This document shows positions 11,120 through 23,390 of a stretch of 64,000 bases of DNA, in pieces. Positions within the stretch are counted from its first letter, which is position 1. Each line of letters starts with the position of its first letter. The notes beneath the pieces were generated by a model, which saw only the letters and a list, made by a program, of their open reading frames with translations, did not search any database and was not told where the DNA came from. Location: contig NC_088796.1 of the NCBI RefSeq assembly GCF_011386835.1, positions 51,212,001 through 51,276,000 on the forward strand. Reading direction: 5' to 3'. The DNA comes from Chrysemys picta bellii (taxonomy: Eukaryota). The translations under genes were made by a program, and so were the position numbers.

Positions 11120-13832
11120 ACTATCTAAGGTCCAGAAGGAGCTAAAAGGGAGACCAGTTGCTAATCTCTGGGTAAAGATAAAAGGGGGGAAAAACGGATG
11201 ATGTCCACCAAATCAGGAGGAGGTGGTGAATGAGGCATTTCCAGAACAAATAACAGAAGTACCCAAAACACAAGATTTGGTAGTAATGGGAGACTTTAGT
11301 TACCCAGACATCTGTTGAACAAATAAAATGGCAAAAGACAAAATGTCCAATACATCCAATACATTTTTGGAATGCCTATGGGACAGCTTCTTGCTTAAGA
11401 ATATGGAGGGGGGACACAGACATTTTAGACTTGATTCTGACCAACAAGGAGGAATTAGTTGTGAATCTGAAGGGAGTTTGAGAGCAACAGAATAAGGACA
11501 ACGGACTTCAAAAAAGCAGACTTTAAAAAAAACCCTCAGAAATGGTAGATAAGGTCCCATGGGAAGAAAATCTAAGGAATAAAGATGTTCAGGAAAGCTG
11601 GACAATATTAAAGGCACAACAGCAAACTATCCCAATGAGAAGGAAAGATAGGAAAAATAGTAAGAGGCCAATATGGCTCCATCAGGAGCTCTTTAATGAC
11701 ATGAAAATCAAAAAGGAATCCTGCAAAAAGTGGAAACAACGACTGATTGCTGAGGAGGAGTACAAAGGAATAGCACAAGCATGTAATTATAAAATTGCCT
11801 TTTATGTTCCTTGCTAGGTATAACAAAATGAGTTACACCTAGCAAGGAACATAAAAGGCAATAAGAAGAGGTTTTATACATTTATTTGGAAGAAGAGAAA
11901 GACAAAGAAAAGTGTAAGTCCTCTGCTTAGTGGGAAAGGAGAACTAATAACTGATAACATCAAGAAGGCCATGGTGTTTAATGCCTATTTTTGCCTCACT
12001 CTTCATTAAAAAGGTAAATTGTGACAAGATTCTTAACACAATTAATATTAACAGGGAAGGGAGAGGGAATGCCAAAATAGAGAAAGAACAGATTAAAAAA
12101 TATTTAAATATATTAGATGTATTGAGGTTGGCAGGATCTGATAAAATTCATCTTAGGATACCTAAGGAACTAACTCAGGCAATCTCAGAACTGCTAATGA
12201 TTATCTATGAGAACACATGGAGGATGAGTGAGGTCTGAGAGGATTGGAGAAGGGAAAACATAGTACCTATCTTTAAAAAGGGACAAAGAGAACCTGGTTC
12301 CTAGATTCAATACCTCAAAATATAATGGAACAAATTATTAAGCAATCAGTCAGTTTGTATGCACCTAGAGGACAATATGATTATAAGTAATAGCCAACCT
12401 AGGTTTGTCAAAAATAAATCATGACAAACCAACCTAACAGCCTTCTTTGACAGGGTTAATGGCCTAGTGGATGGGAGGAAGCTATCTACATGATATATGT
12501 TGATTTTGACACATTCCCACATGACAGTCTCATAAGCAAACTAGGGAAATGTGATCAAGATGAAATTTCTAAAAGGTGGGTTCACAAGTGCTTGAAAGAC
12601 ATACCCAGAGAATAGTTATCAATGGTTTTCTGTCAAAGTCTGAGGGCATATCTAATAGAGTTGCACAGGGTCAGTCCTGGATCAAGTACTATTCTATATT
12701 TTCATTTCTGACTTGGATAATGGAGTGAAGAGCATGCTTATAAAGTTTATGGATGACACCAAGCAGGGAGGATTTATAAACACTTTCAAGGACAAGATTA
12801 GAATTCAAAATGACCTTGACAGATTGGAGAATTGGACTGAAGTGAACAGTTGAAATTAAATAAAGACAAGTGCAAAGTACTTCACTTAGGAAGGAAAAAT
12901 AAAATGCACATATACAAAATGAGGAATAACTGGCTAGATGATAGTACTGCTGAAAAGGCTCTAGGGCAGGGGTTCTCAAACTGGGGGTCAGGACCCCTCA
13001 GGGGTCACGAGGTTATTACATGGGGGGTCACGAGCTGTCAGCCTCCACCCCAAACCCTGCTTTGCCTCCAGCATTTATAATGGTGTTAAATATATAAAAA
13101 AGTGTGTTTAATGTATAAGGGGGGGGGGGTCGCACTCAGAGGCTTGCTGTGTGAAAGGGGTCACCAGTACAAAAATCTAAGAATCCCTGCTCTAGGGGTT
13201 ATAGTGGATGACAAATTGAATATGAGTGAGCAATGTAATACAGTTGTGAAAAAGGCTAATATCATTATGAGGTGTATTAATAGGAGTGTCATATGTAACA
13301 CCTGGGAGCTAATTGTCCTGCTGCATCGGCAATGGTGCGGCCTCAGCTGGAGTATGGTGTCCGTTTCTGGGCTCCACACTTTAAGAAAGATGACAAATCG
13401 GAGTCTAGAGGAGAGCAACGGAAATGGTAAAAGGTTTAGAAAATCTGACCTATGAAGGAAGATTTAAAAAACTGACATGTTTAGTCTTGGACTGAGGGGG
13501 GACCTGATAAGTCTTCAAATATTGTTACAAAGAGGACAGTGATCAATTGTTCGCTATGTCCACTGAATGTAGGACAAGAAGTAGTGGGCTTAATCTGCAT
13601 CAAGGCAGATTTAGGTTAGATATTTGGAAAAACTTTCTAACTATAAGGATAATTAAGCACTGGAATAGGCTGTCAAGGGAGGTTGTGAGGTTCTTGTCAT
13701 TGGAGAATTTTAAGAACATGTTGGACAAACACTTGGGAGGGATGGTGTAGGTATGTTTGGTTCTGCTTCAGTGCAGGGGCTGGTCTAAATGACCTCTTGA
13801 GGTACCTTCCAGCCCTACATTTCTGATTGTCT
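11120..13832 (+). mobile_element. 5'-truncated, decayed CR1 LINE (endonuclease end, RT, 3' UTR)
   Basis: Endonuclease motifs (ccaccaaatcaggaggag, DLVVMGDFSYPDI), RT motifs ([57 protein letters not shown]); 3' end gaggtaccttccagccctacatttctgatt. Confidence 0.93.
12967..13189. mobile_element. hAT-Charlie/MER5-like MITE inserted in CR1
   Basis: TIRs caggggttctcaaac / ctaagaatccctg; perfect 8-bp TSD ctctaggg at 12959-12966 and 13190-13197. Confidence 0.93.
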
Positions 13833-16800
13833 ATGCAGTCTCCCTCAGACAATCAATTAAATTATTGCATGCAAATTAGCTGTAGAGTAAGGGTGGTGAT
13901 TAATTGAGTTTCTCATAGGTGTAATTAGTAAAGTCAAAATGGCTGATAAGTTAAAAATTGGATGGTAACAAACTGAATCCGAGAGATGATTGAACCTGGT
14001 GATATTCTGAACCAAAAAAAGCTCCCAACCATGCTTATTGCTGTTTTCATCACTTCACACTGACTCAAAAGGCATTCTAGGCTTCATAGTGACCCCGAAT
14101 GACAATCCTGGAATCTTCTTATATAGATGGACAGTCCCTTCCCCCAAATGCTTACCGAATAATTAAATCCACTAGCCTTTTTGTTTTCTCTAATATAGCA
14201 TAACATACACTAGATTCCAGCTTCACAAACTGCACTTCTTAATAACACTAAAATTAATTGGTAGTTAAGAATAGTGTTATGAGGTAAAGAACATATGCTA
14301 TTAAAATGTCTGTATTACCCGCCTTTTACTGGCTGAAGGTGCAGTCATTTGGAAAACGAACAAATGTTTTTAAACATGCCATTTTATACATCAGTGCTGA
14401 AAGCCTGACAGACTGAAATATATGAATTTGAATATTAACATGGCTCTTAACTTCTCTTGCCCTTGCCGCCACCCCACACATCTGCATGTAATTTATTCAA
14501 GCTTATTATTTTACTTTTATGTTGTAAAAATGAGCAAGTAGATTGTAAAGGATTTGAGGTGAATACGTTTTTGATAAAGATAAAATGAAGATTGGATAAA
14601 AGCTATCTGCAAATATATTTAATTTTCATTTCCCTTCTTTAAATGAGAGGGGCCCCCTCAATATTTTTTCAGAAATACTACATTGAGTTCTATTTCCTTT
14701 CCAAAAACCTGCTGCTCCTCACCCCCTACACTGCTTATCAGGCATATGATCAGTGGATTTGGATCTGCACAGTCGTTGATCCACTGGCCCACACCAATCC
14801 TCCATGCCTATGTACACCGCCATCCCCAGGAAGCCCTTGTGGGGCAAACAGCAGACGTGGGCATCCTGCAGGGGGTCCTAGGAGCCTGTCCTCTGTCTGC
14901 ATTCTTGTTCTGGTTCTGCTATATTAAAGGTCATCCACAGTCACAAGTGGAGGGAGAGGTTGTGCAAGATATACCCATATATTAATTGTTTTAGTGGAAA
15001 TGTGTGTTGCAAAATAATTCATTATCTTGATTATAGAATTATGGTTTTAACATTTCTTAAGTTAATTTTGTCTGACACATAGATTGCTAATTACAATGGG
15101 AACTATCAATAGCAACAATATGAACACAGTCATATTTCTTCATCAAAATAACAAGCTTTAATGCAGATGATATAATTGTTTGTTTTTCTGCACAGATAGA
15201 CATGATTTCCTAAAGACGGAGTTCATGAGGGTTATACAAATTAAAGTATAAAGCACCTGAGAGGCAAAAGACTTGTATAAAAAGGTGAAAGTTAAATCTG
15301 AAACAGAGTGGACATTACAGAAAGTCAGACTGAACATTCACAGCTAATGACAGACATTTTTTAAATTCATGTCAAATTTGAAACAGCATAGAGCAATGTA
15401 ATATGTTGCTTCTCTGGACGGCTTGTTACAGGGAACTAAAACATTATGTATTTATTATTTTTGTATCAAAGATGTTCTGTACATATGTACATTCTCTTTT
15501 AGGGAGATGAAGCAGGGATTTTAGAAATATACAAGTAGAATAATTTACATAACTGATAGTTCTCAAACAACTCTTCATCAGGGATGAATTTGTCCCTAAA
15601 ACTTAAAACCAAAATAAAAATCTATAATAAATTCCAAGCAGGGGATTGGATATACATTTTCCTGAGTCTTATATTGAATCCTCCCTTATGCAGATGTTTC
15701 CTTTTATTCTCAGTCAGCAATGGTATACCAAAGGATTTCAATCCAGTGTAAACTCTTCTGTATAACTCTTCTTTCTGTTTTAGAATAGTATATAGCAGTT
15801 GGCTCAAGCATACACATTATTTAAAAGCATCTATAGTACTAGTAGTTCCTTCAGTTTTAATGTGATTAAGAAACTAGCCAGATGAAATTAGTTATTTTGG
15901 TGGCACTCATATGCTAATGTGATGAGGACTATAAAACTACCCAGGTAGGTTGGTTGATTTTAGATACTATTAGACTTTATTTTGATCTACTACACATTCA
16001 TCGTGCAAGACCCGGATGCCAGTAAAGCCCAAAATGTAACCTGCTCCATTTATTATATCCTTTCCTTCGCACTCAAAATTTTTGAGACCATCTCTTGTGA
16101 AAGATATCCATGAACTCATATTTGTTTACAGGCAATTTAATAATCAAGGGAAATGAATTTGTGTAACACTCTTTTGTGCATCAGTTAAGGTTGCTCAAGT
16201 ACAACCATCAACCCAAATATTAAAAAAAAATAGGAAATTCACAGTTAAGTTCCATCAAGCACATACACAGTAATCAGTCAACAGCAACATCTAGAAAGCA
16301 TAGTCTTTATCTGGACCCATTTGACACATACACATCATTCATCACAATCATAGGCTAAGACTCTTTTTTAAAAACAAACAGCCTTGAAAAGTTAGAAAAT
16401 TCGGATTTGTGTCCTTTATGGCTGCTTTTGATGTAAAGGAAGCCTTGAAAGGGTTTTTCTGGAAAAAATAATAATTAAAAACTGGTGTTTTGTCTGCTTC
16501 TGTTTTACATTAGAAATTCAGATTCTTGTTTGGAAGACTCCATGACTAGAGAGCTAATGTGTAAATGACATCACAAGAAACAAAGGGAAGAGAATTTTTA
16601 GTCAGAATGTTTAAAATCCTTTGGTTTTTGTTTAATGCCTGTTTAACTAGTGGATACTAATAATTTTGAATAAAATAATCCTTTGCTAAAGTGTCAATGT
16701 CCTCACCCTCTCAGTTACAGTGTTAAGAGATCATAAACATGTCTGAGACTGCCGATAGTCCTCCAGCATCATCAGGGTAGATCAGACTCTTTAGCCAGGA

Positions 16801-17571
16801 TTTCACTGGGAACCTTTGCCAGTATAATAAATTTGATTAGGGATATAATTTTATCCAGTTAGTCCTAGTAATATCCTTGTACCAACCTAAACAATTCTCC
16901 ATCTTTGGGAATTTCACCCTTCAGATATTTTCAGGCTTGTGTTTCCCTCCACTATTGAAGATTACATTTTCTCTTGGCTAACCAAGTGGCAGTTAGCTTT
17001 CTAGAGCAGATTGCCTAGTTTATGTAACAATTTGCAGTCCTTTTTAAATGTTAAAATTAGATATTTGATACAAATTCATTATTTTTGTTATACTGATTTG
17101 TTTTAATCATCCCTCCCCAATAATAAATTCAACTGTGGGTAAAGTTGTGAAGATTCTGAGATCTATTTTAAGGTCTTCTGAGACTTGGTTGTGTAAATAC
17201 AGTACTGTGATTAAAGATGGTTCAAACCTTCTGATAAACCTTTAAGCATGGTTTGTAAGTCACTTTAATTTTAAATTAAACAATTATGAAAAGGACTTTC
17301 TAAACACATTGATATTTTACCATGGAATGATCACAGCTTGACAGTATTTGATTTTGATTCTGGAATGTTTGGTTTTGAGAATAATGTGTCTCTAAAGCCT
17401 ATTTTACTAACATCCTTTGGTTTAAAGGTCACTGATGTCCATAAAAGCTTTTATCTATTAAAACTTCAGAATAGGTTTTAAAGTTGCTTTGTTAAATATA
17501 AATTGTGAAATCAGTTGGTTAGAATTGTTTTGTATATTTGGAGGTGCAATGCAATCAAATAGGTAAGTGCA

Positions 17572-17668
17572 GAGAACTGGGAGTCAGAAGAAATAGATTC
17601 AAGTGCCAGCTGTTTCCCTGACGTGCTGTTTAAGCTTGGTTAAGTCACTTCACCTTTCTAAGTTTTCA
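17572..17668 (+). mobile_element. MIR/CORE-SINE-like fragment
   Basis: gaactgggagtcagaaga..gattcaagtgccagct...gcttggttaagtcacttcacct resembles the MIR 5'/core region. Confidence 0.55.
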
Positions 17669-18853
17669 CAGACCCAGGTTGTGTTTGCAAAGCTAGAAGT
17701 TAAGGGAATAAAGCTATCTTTTTATTTGTAAAGCGACTAATTATTCTGTATCAAAGTTGAGACACATTTTGGCATCAAAATCCTTCCTCATACAACCCAT
17801 AAAGCTGTTAAGAAGCATAACTCTCAGCATTTCAAGTGGCTAAAGTGGGACACAGCACCACTCAGGTTTGGCCCATCTGCCCTTCCACGGATGGAGACGA
17901 GGGGGCTGACAGACCAACACTGATTGGTGTTGCAACCTAGCACATGAAGTTGCAATTCCACTCAAATTTGGCCTTGCCACCTCTCCAGAGACATAGAAGA
18001 AGTAATGGCTAGACCATACCTGAGTGGTGCTGTGACCCCATGTAGCATTGCAACCTGGCACTCAGTTTGAGTGCCCTCAGAAATGGGGGAGCCTGGGGCA
18101 AACTGCCCTTCAACTGGGACTGACGGGTTTAGAGTTCAAAGCAGAACAGTCCCACAAAACCTGGGACTGTTGGAAGGTATGAAGTTGGGAACTCTACACT
18201 GCACAAACACGTAGTTGCTGTAGTTCTAGTTTACTGTTGACATGTTCCTGGTTAAAGCAGTTTATGGTTATTTAGGAGTGTCTCTCTCTTTCAATTTTTT
18301 TTAAGATTTGCACATTTACCTTCTATCTAGAGTTAGTCTATAGAATGAATGATCATTGCAAAAGTAACAAGCCTTTACTCTCAAAGTCAATATGACTTCC
18401 AATGTAAGTAAGTAAGGACTACTTGTGCACGTAAGAGTTTCGGGATCAAGATCTGTATGATAATTGTGCTACTTTGAATCACACTAAGCTTTAACTCAAG
18501 ATAAAATATAGATACACAATATTCTATAGTAAAATGGGATGTTGCCAAATGTTTACATTAATCCTTCATTGAAGCCAGTGGAGTTACATCAGGGATAAAT
18601 TTGGCCCCTTGTTTCATTCCAACTTTAAAAACTTATCTGAACAATATAAAGGAAACATTAGATTGTCCTAGTGAAGCATGTATGTTTATAAGGAATTCCT
18701 GCTGCATGTTTTGTGGTAATGAGATCATGTATATCATTATGGATTCCCCTGCTGCAGCTTGAGTAGTAACCACATTTTCTGTTTGAGTGGTAACATAATG
18801 CATTGTAAGTAGTTGCACATTTCTCTGGTGACCCATACCTCTGAGCATTTGGA

Positions 18854-18855
<2 letters not shown>

Positions 18856-18884
<29 letters not shown>
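18856..18884. repeat. (AC)n microsatellite, about 14 units
   Basis: Uninterrupted acacac run read directly. Confidence 0.97.
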
Positions 18885-18886
<2 letters not shown>

Positions 18887-19398
18887 TAGGGCTGGAGGGA
18901 TGGCTCAACCCCCAGTATTCAGGAAATTCAGAATTTAGTTTGAAATATAACTTCCTGTTGTGGCTTGGCAGTGCGGGGGATCTCCAAAGGGTGGATAGTT
19001 TTCCTTACCAGATGTGTTGTAATTGCTAAGCTCAGCGGGGTAGGTAAGTACGGATTTTTGTACTTGAGAAAAATAGTGATATTTTTAACATTCCATTGAA
19101 ATGCAGTACACTTTTTTGAGAACTTTTTGGAGGAAAATAATGGGAAACTAGAGATATCTTGCTATTTGAAAGTCGCTCAGAAATTGGCAGAGTTAGCATG
19201 TATGCTTTAAACTTTAGACTTTTGGGATTTTGGCTATTTGATGTTACCCCTTTGATTTTATTTTAATGTAGGGGTCTTTTTAAACAAAGAAAAAATCTGA
19301 CATAAGTGTAGGCCTGTCCCTGATGATCTACATGTAGTAAATTGGTTTTGCTCTTACAGCCTGTGTAAATGCATGTTGTGCATTTGCGCTCATTTGAA

Positions 19399-20557
19399 TG
19401 TGGTGGATGTGATATATCTTGACTTTAGCATAGCTTTTGATACGGTCTCCCACAGTATTCTTGCCAGCAAGTTAAAGAAATATGGATTGGATGAATGGAC
19501 TATAAGATGGATAGAAAGCTGGCTAGATTGTCGGGCTCAACGGGTAGTGATCAACGGCTCAATGTCTGCAGCCAGTATCAAGCAGAATGCCCCAGGGGTC
19601 GGTCCTGGGGCCAGTTTTGTTCAACATCTTTATTAATGATCTGGATGATGGGATGAATTACACCCTCAACAAGTTCGTAGATGACACTAAGCTGGGGGGA
19701 GAGGTAGATATGCTGGAGGGTAGGGATAGGGTCCAGAGTGACCTACACAAATTGGAGGATTGGGCCAAAAGAAATCTGATGAGGTTCAACAAGGACAAGT
19801 GCAGAGTCCTGCACTTAGGAAGGAAGAATCCCATGCACCACTAGAGGTTAGGAACTGACTGGCTAAGCAGAAGTTCTGCAGAAAAGGACCTGGGGATTAC
19901 AGTGGACAAGAAGCTTGCTAAGAGTCAGCAGTGTGCCCTTGTTGCCAAGAAGTCCAACGGCATATTAGGCTGTATTAGTAGGAGCATTGCCAGCAGATGG
20001 AGGGAAGTGATTATTCCCCTCTATTCGGCACTGGTGAGGCCACACCTGGAGTATTGTGTCCAGTTTTGGTCCCCCTATTACAGAAGGGATGTGGACAGAT
20101 TGGAGAGAGTCCAGCAGAGGGCAACAAAAATTATTAGGGGGCTGGGGCACATAACTTATGAGGCAAGGCTGAGGAATTGGGGTTATTTAGTCTGAAGAAG
20201 AGAAGAGTGACGGGGGATTTGATATCAGCCTTCAACTACCTGAAGGGGGGGTTCCAAAGAGGATGGAGCTAGGCTGTTCTCCGTGGTGGCAGATGACAGA
20301 ACAAGAAGCAATGGTCTCAAGTTGCAGTGGGGGAGGTCTCGGTTGGATATTAGGAAACACTATTTCACTAGGAGGGTGGTGAAGCACTGGAATGGCTTAC
20401 CTAGGGAGGTGGTGGAATCTCCATCCTTAGAGGTTTTTAAGGCCCGGCTTGACAAAGCCCTGGCTGGGATGATTTAGTTGGTGTTGGTCCTGCTTTGAGC
20501 AGGGGGTTGGACTACAGGATCTCCTGAGGTCTCTTCCAACCCTAATATTCTATGATT
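19399..20557 (+). mobile_element. Relatively young 5'-truncated CR1 LINE (PsCR1-type), RT C-half plus 3' UTR
   Basis: [91 protein letters not shown]; 3' end ctcttccaaccctaatattctatgatt; only a few frameshifts. Confidence 0.96.
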
Positions 20558-20756
20558 TGGCACATGGAGCTTACTTTCAGTATGCTTAGTAACTTCACAT
20601 AATGAAAATCCTGAAGTTGATTTGAAAAATACTGTCCATATGAAATACACAACTTTCACTGAAATAATGTAGGCTGCCTTATATTTTTTAATTTCATCTT
20701 TTAATTTCAACCAGTTTTAAAAACATATAGTATTGCTTCAGTCAGTGCTGCCAAAC

Positions 20757-21505
20757 CAGAGCTACAGATGGCTGGGAATTTTCTGTTGGAATAATCATTC
20801 AAAGGAAAATGCAGTTTCCACAAAATTGAAATTTTCCATGGGAAATTTTTGACATTGCCAACAATCTTTTAATTTGAGGGTGGGAGGGGGACCAATACAA
20901 AACATTTTGTTTAGGGTCAGTTTGGCCCAAATCAAAATATTTTGGTGTGTTGAATTGACCTGAAAAGTTTCATTTAGAGTCAATTCAGCATTGAACAGCA
21001 TTGGCCCATTGTGGCACACTGTTTCATGGGAAGTGTAGTTCAGAGTGCCTAATGTCCTCATTCTCCTATTGGCTGGGCTATACCTCCTATGATGGAACAC
21101 ATTCTCTCCTGACTGAGCAGTGTGGTATATTATAGGAGTCATATGGCTATGGATGCATCACGGGAGACATTGTCCAGCCAGCCAACCTGGTCCACAGATC
21201 AGACCCATCAGACCCACACAACATCTCCCATGAAAGAATGCACCACAATAGGGAAATGCAACTTAATGTTGAATGACTCTAAATGAGACATTTCAAGTCA
21301 GTTCAATAAACCAAAATGAAACATTTTGCTTTGGTAATATTGAAATGTTTTGTTTAGAAAATGCTAAACTGAAACATTTCACCATTTCAGAATTGAAATT
21401 TTTCTGAATGTTTAGTTCCATGAAATATTTTAATATTTCACTTTTTGTCCTGATTAGGGGAAAAATAAATGCTAAAATATCAAAATTTTCCACAGGATGG
21501 ACATT
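20757..21505. mobile_element. AT-rich foldback/MITE-like element
   Basis: Mirror-like arrangement of aaattttcc/ggaaaattt and aaacatttt/aaatgtttt blocks around a GC-richer core (~21000-21260) that resembles 50690-50900. Confidence 0.4.
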
Positions 21506-21839
21506 TCAATTTTTGCTTGAGCTTCTCACAGTTCGTAGTGCTGACCAGACTGCACATGTTCCATCCCCACAGAGTGACTATCTATGGGCCATCCCCTTGC
21601 AGCGCCTACGTGTGGCAGGACTGTTCATTTACCATCCCCAGAGAGCAACTGCCCAGATTTATAGGGGCAAAGCCAGATTTTCCCTGTAATTGCTACTCCC
21701 ATATTCTTCAGACTAGGGCCAGATACTGGAAATGAGAACAGGGAGCTTGTCTCCCCTGTTCTATCGATGACCCTCCGCTGGCACCAAGCAATGTGGAAGA
21801 AAGAAGCTGTGTGATTTGCATGTACAAGGGACAAAATCT

Positions 21840-23095
21840 GGAATAGGGGGAGGGAAAGTAGTAGATTTTGACAAGGAATCTAGCAAGACAGGGACTGGAG
21901 TTGGGATAGAAAAACTGACTAGGAATAGGTACGGTTACTGGTTGAGCAGGAAGGCTGGGACTGGGAGCCAGTGAGGAAACACCAGGAGCTAGAGGAAAGT
22001 GGGGAGACTGGGACTGGTTGGGGAAGGAGCCTGTGGGTGGTGATGGGTAGAAATGTGGGTGGTGGTGGGTGGAATTGAGTGGGTAGAGGAGAGAAGACAG
22101 ATTGTCCAGGACTTGGGGTGTGAGGGGAGAACTGGGATAGGCTGGGCAAAGAAACTAACAGGGAGCCAGGGAGTAGATGAGAGAGAAGCCTGAGATTGGA
22201 AAAAGAGTTTGGGGTGGAAGACATAGAGAGAGATGGGGTAAGAAGCCGAGGGGAAGATGGGGAGAGACTGGATGAGGAGCCAGGGGGAAGACTACTACTG
22301 GCTGGGAAAGGAGACTGGGACTGGCTGTGGGAGGTATTGAGAGTTGAGGGAGACTGGGACTTGGGCAGCAATCCCAAGGAGGGATTGCTGGAGGAGGAAA
22401 CTAGTTGAGCAAAGGGACTGGGATGAGAGGCCTGAGAAGTAGAGTCTGGGACTGTATGAAAAGAGAATGGGACCGGGTGAAGGAGCCAGATGCAGGGAGG
22501 AGACTGGACTGGGACAGGGACATGTTGTAGGTGTCAGTGGAGAAGTCTGTGCCCCTTAGAGAACACTGCCTCATGCAGCCTGGAATGGCAATAAAGGCTC
22601 CAGAGTCTCACCATTCCTCTGCTCTCAGCAAATATCTGTGAAACCCACTGGCAAAATATATTTTTCATCCTCCCCAGTGCTGGTCAACATAGAGGATGAT
22701 AACCTGCTACTGGTATTGGTTACTCTGTTAGCTCAAGTGGCAGAGATCTGTTCTGTGAATCTAGTTTCCAACCCTACTGATGAACCATGTAGGAATCAAT
22801 TTGATGCCACATGATGGAATTTGTATTTGTTTGCTTTTCTAAAAATCTAGGAAATTACACACAAAAAGCTACATGAAAAGAGCCTTAAGGTTGCAAAGTC
22901 AAGCGCTCAAAAGTTAGGAGTCCTAGGGGAAAATCAGAACATGATCGGTACATGATAAAGACTGTATCATAATGAGTACACACAACGGGGCTGAATTAAA
23001 ATTGCACAGGCAACCTTAATTCTGGCATTCCTTAACTTTTGAGTGTTCAACTTTGCAACCTTACAAATATTCTTTTAAAATAGTTTGTGTGTAAT
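21840..23095 (+). mobile_element. Unclassified composite repeat, copy B (G-rich gactgggactgg block, tRNA-like A/B boxes, terminal hairpin)
   Basis: Homologous to 2582-3990. A-box-like tagctcaagtgg at 22729-22740, B-box-like gtttccaaccc at 22764-22774, inverted repeat taaggttgcaaagtcaagcgctcaaaagtta / taacttttgagtgttcaactttgcaacctta. Confidence 0.6.
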
Positions 23096-23149
23096 AATAT
23101 GTGTACACACTAGTGATGACCCATGGCTTTGCCACTCAAGTTTATGGTA

Positions 23150-23390
23150 AGTATGAGTGAGTGTGAGGTTGTGTGTGTGTTGTGCTGGGAGATTTTTGTG
23201 TTTTGTGTGGGTGGCAAGTGAGGGGTGTGTGCTGTGATGAGGGGCTATCTGTGTTTGGGATTATTGTGTGTGCTGATTGTAGTGTTGTGCTGGGAGATGT
23301 GTATGTGCTGGTTGTGTTGATTTGTGTCTGGAGGTTATGCTGGGAGATTTGTGTTGAGGTGTGTGTGTTACGATGTGCTGGAAGTTTCAT
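23150..23390 (+). repeat. GT-rich low-complexity block with three tgctgggagat units
   Basis: Read directly; homologous to 10900-11095. Confidence 0.65.

Noticed and set aside
15196-15284. Possible 89-nt cryptic exon after ttgtttgtttttctgcacAG
   Set aside because: The acceptor is good but the only nearby donor (AAG|GTGAAA) is weak; expected by chance in this much intron.
21919-22408. 152-aa Ser/Pro-rich and 70-aa Glu/Gly-rich ORFs
   Set aside because: Translations of a strand-biased G-rich repeat tract; no splice signals or domain.
22729-22790. tRNA genes at 3083, 22729 and 43283
   Set aside because: Only A/B-box-like remnants are present, with no complete cloverleaf, and each is embedded in a repeat.
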